A DNA stretch of 46,596 nucleotides, taken from contig JAHBMJ010000461.1 of the NCBI GenBank assembly GCA_018398765.1, positions 1 through 46,596 of the forward strand. Reading direction: 5' to 3'. Made by a program: the position numbers and the translations under genes. The notes beneath the pieces are model-generated. The model made no database searches. It was not told the origin of the DNA and saw only the letters and a program-made list of their open reading frames with translations. Origin of the DNA: Chromera velia. Its lineage: Eukaryota. This document shows, piece after piece, positions 45,301 to 46,596 of the stretch (position 1 is its first letter; each line of letters begins with the position of its first letter).

Positions 45301-46018
45301 ATGAGGAAGGTTCTGATGTGCGGTACAGGAGAGTACTCTACTGGGTACATTCCGGGCTCAGAGGCCGCACCGGATAAGAAGAAGGGTGTCGTCGGTCTGG
45401 TACTGTTCGATTTGAGGAGACGGGGAAAGCTGTCTCAGGTGGGGTGTGTGGGGGTGAACGGAAAAAAGTTTCCGGAAATTCGGAAGCACCTGCAGGTAGC
45501 GATTGCCGAGTGCTACAAGGACATGGACGTGACCATGGACACCTGGCCTGGGGACTCTGAGGTGAACCCGGAGGCCTACAAGACGGCAATTGACAGTCTC
45601 CAAAAAGGAGACGGCGCTATCATCTTCACCCCCGATGACACCCACTTCGACATCACATTGTACGCCATCAAGAAGGGCATTCATGTGCTTGTCACAAAGC
45701 CGGTTGTGAAGACAGTGAAGGAACATCTGCTGCTCATTCAAGCAGCCAGGGAGCACAAGGTGCACGTCCAGATAGAGTACCACAAGAGGTGGGATCAGAT
45801 CTACGCAGATGCCCGGGAGCGCATCAGAGACATGGGAGACTTCACGTTCTTCCAGAGCTACATGAGCCAGCCTCAGAAACAGCTGGTAACCTTCAAAGCC
45901 TGGGCAGGCAAATCCTCAGACATCTCCTATTACCTGAACTCCCACCACATGGACTGGCACTGTTGGGCCATGGATGGAAGGGCAGTGCCAACAAAGGTGA
46001 CTGCATTCGGGTCAACAG
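45301..46018 (+). CDS. Gfo/Idh/MocA NAD(P)-binding oxidoreductase (D-galacturonate reductase-like), exon 1
   Basis: VLMCGTGEYSTGY Rossmann start, IFTPDDTHF, HVLVTKP, EYHKRWD, YYLNSHHMD; donor g|gtgagt at 46019. Confidence 0.9.
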
Positions 46019-46298
46019 GTGAGTCGGGCAAGACAGGAGGACGGTCAATCATCGCAATGCTGCTTTCTTGCTCCTCTTTTTGTTGTCTCCCGTCCGTCGC
46101 CTCTGTGTTCCGTTTGGCCCGTCTCTGCCTTTGAAACATAGCGTCTCCCAGCTCTCTTTCTTTCTTTTTCTCTTGCTCTCGCTTCCCTTTGGCCCCCCCT
46201 CCCCGATTCCCGCTTCCTCTGAGTGTGTCCATATGTGCGCGCTTTGATTGGCATTCGGTCTGAGAGATCATCCGACCGATTGATTCCTGCATGTGCAG

Positions 46299-46571
46299 GT
46301 GTGGCTGATGCCCAATTCGGCTGTCCGAATGGGACGGAGGATTCGATTTCTGTCATGGCAGAGTGGCAAAACTCTTCCGGTACCAAGGGCACAGCCGTGT
46401 ACACCTCTTGCTGGACAGCTCCGGATAACGCCGAGGTCCACAGCCAGCAAAGGTTCATGTGCGTGGCACACAAGGGAGAGGTGAGGGCCGACCAGGCGCA
46501 CAGAGGGTATGAGGTGACTACGGACGGCAAGTACTCTTCAGTGAACCCCCTGTACATGAAGTACACAAAAG
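46299..46571 (+). CDS. Gfo/Idh/MocA oxidoreductase exon 2; gene continues beyond the window
   Basis: Acceptor tgcag at 46298, phase-compatible; reads GVADAQFGCPNGTEDSISVMAEW...HSQQRF...DQAHRGY...VNPLYMKYTK; next donor gtgggt at 46572. Confidence 0.88.
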
Positions 46572-46596
46572 GTGGGTGGGTGGGTGGGTGGGTGGG

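Noticed and set aside
46019..46134. C-terminal tail of the 277-aa ORF call
   Set aside because: Intron read-through; homologous sequence resumes at 46299.

Overview
Eukaryotic, repeat-dense window. It has GT-AG introns and microsatellite-rich intergenic DNA; a chromerid/alveolate-like protist is my guess and is not proven. Three host genes are visible: a GNAT-EamA/DMT membrane protein (+), a stand-alone flavodoxin-like protein (-), and a spliced Gfo/Idh/MocA oxidoreductase running off the right end (+). About three quarters of the window is transposable elements: two related full-length Ty3/gypsy chromoviruses (8093-14296 +, 18945-24991 -), a gag-only LTR element carrying a MITE (26007-28894), a giant ~15.2 kb Ty1/copia element (29209-44364) whose single-frame ~3,600-codon polyprotein carries large unexplained domains, a LINE 3' fragment, several TIR elements/MITEs, and a three-level nest (TIR element > hAT-like element > gypsy). 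Repeats show a strong C>T/G>A signature, mostly at CpG and CpA where I scored context, in LTR pairs, TSDs, TIRs and nonsense codons, while host ORFs stay open. This suggests a RIP-like or methylation-driven repeat-mutating system. All counts were made by eye.
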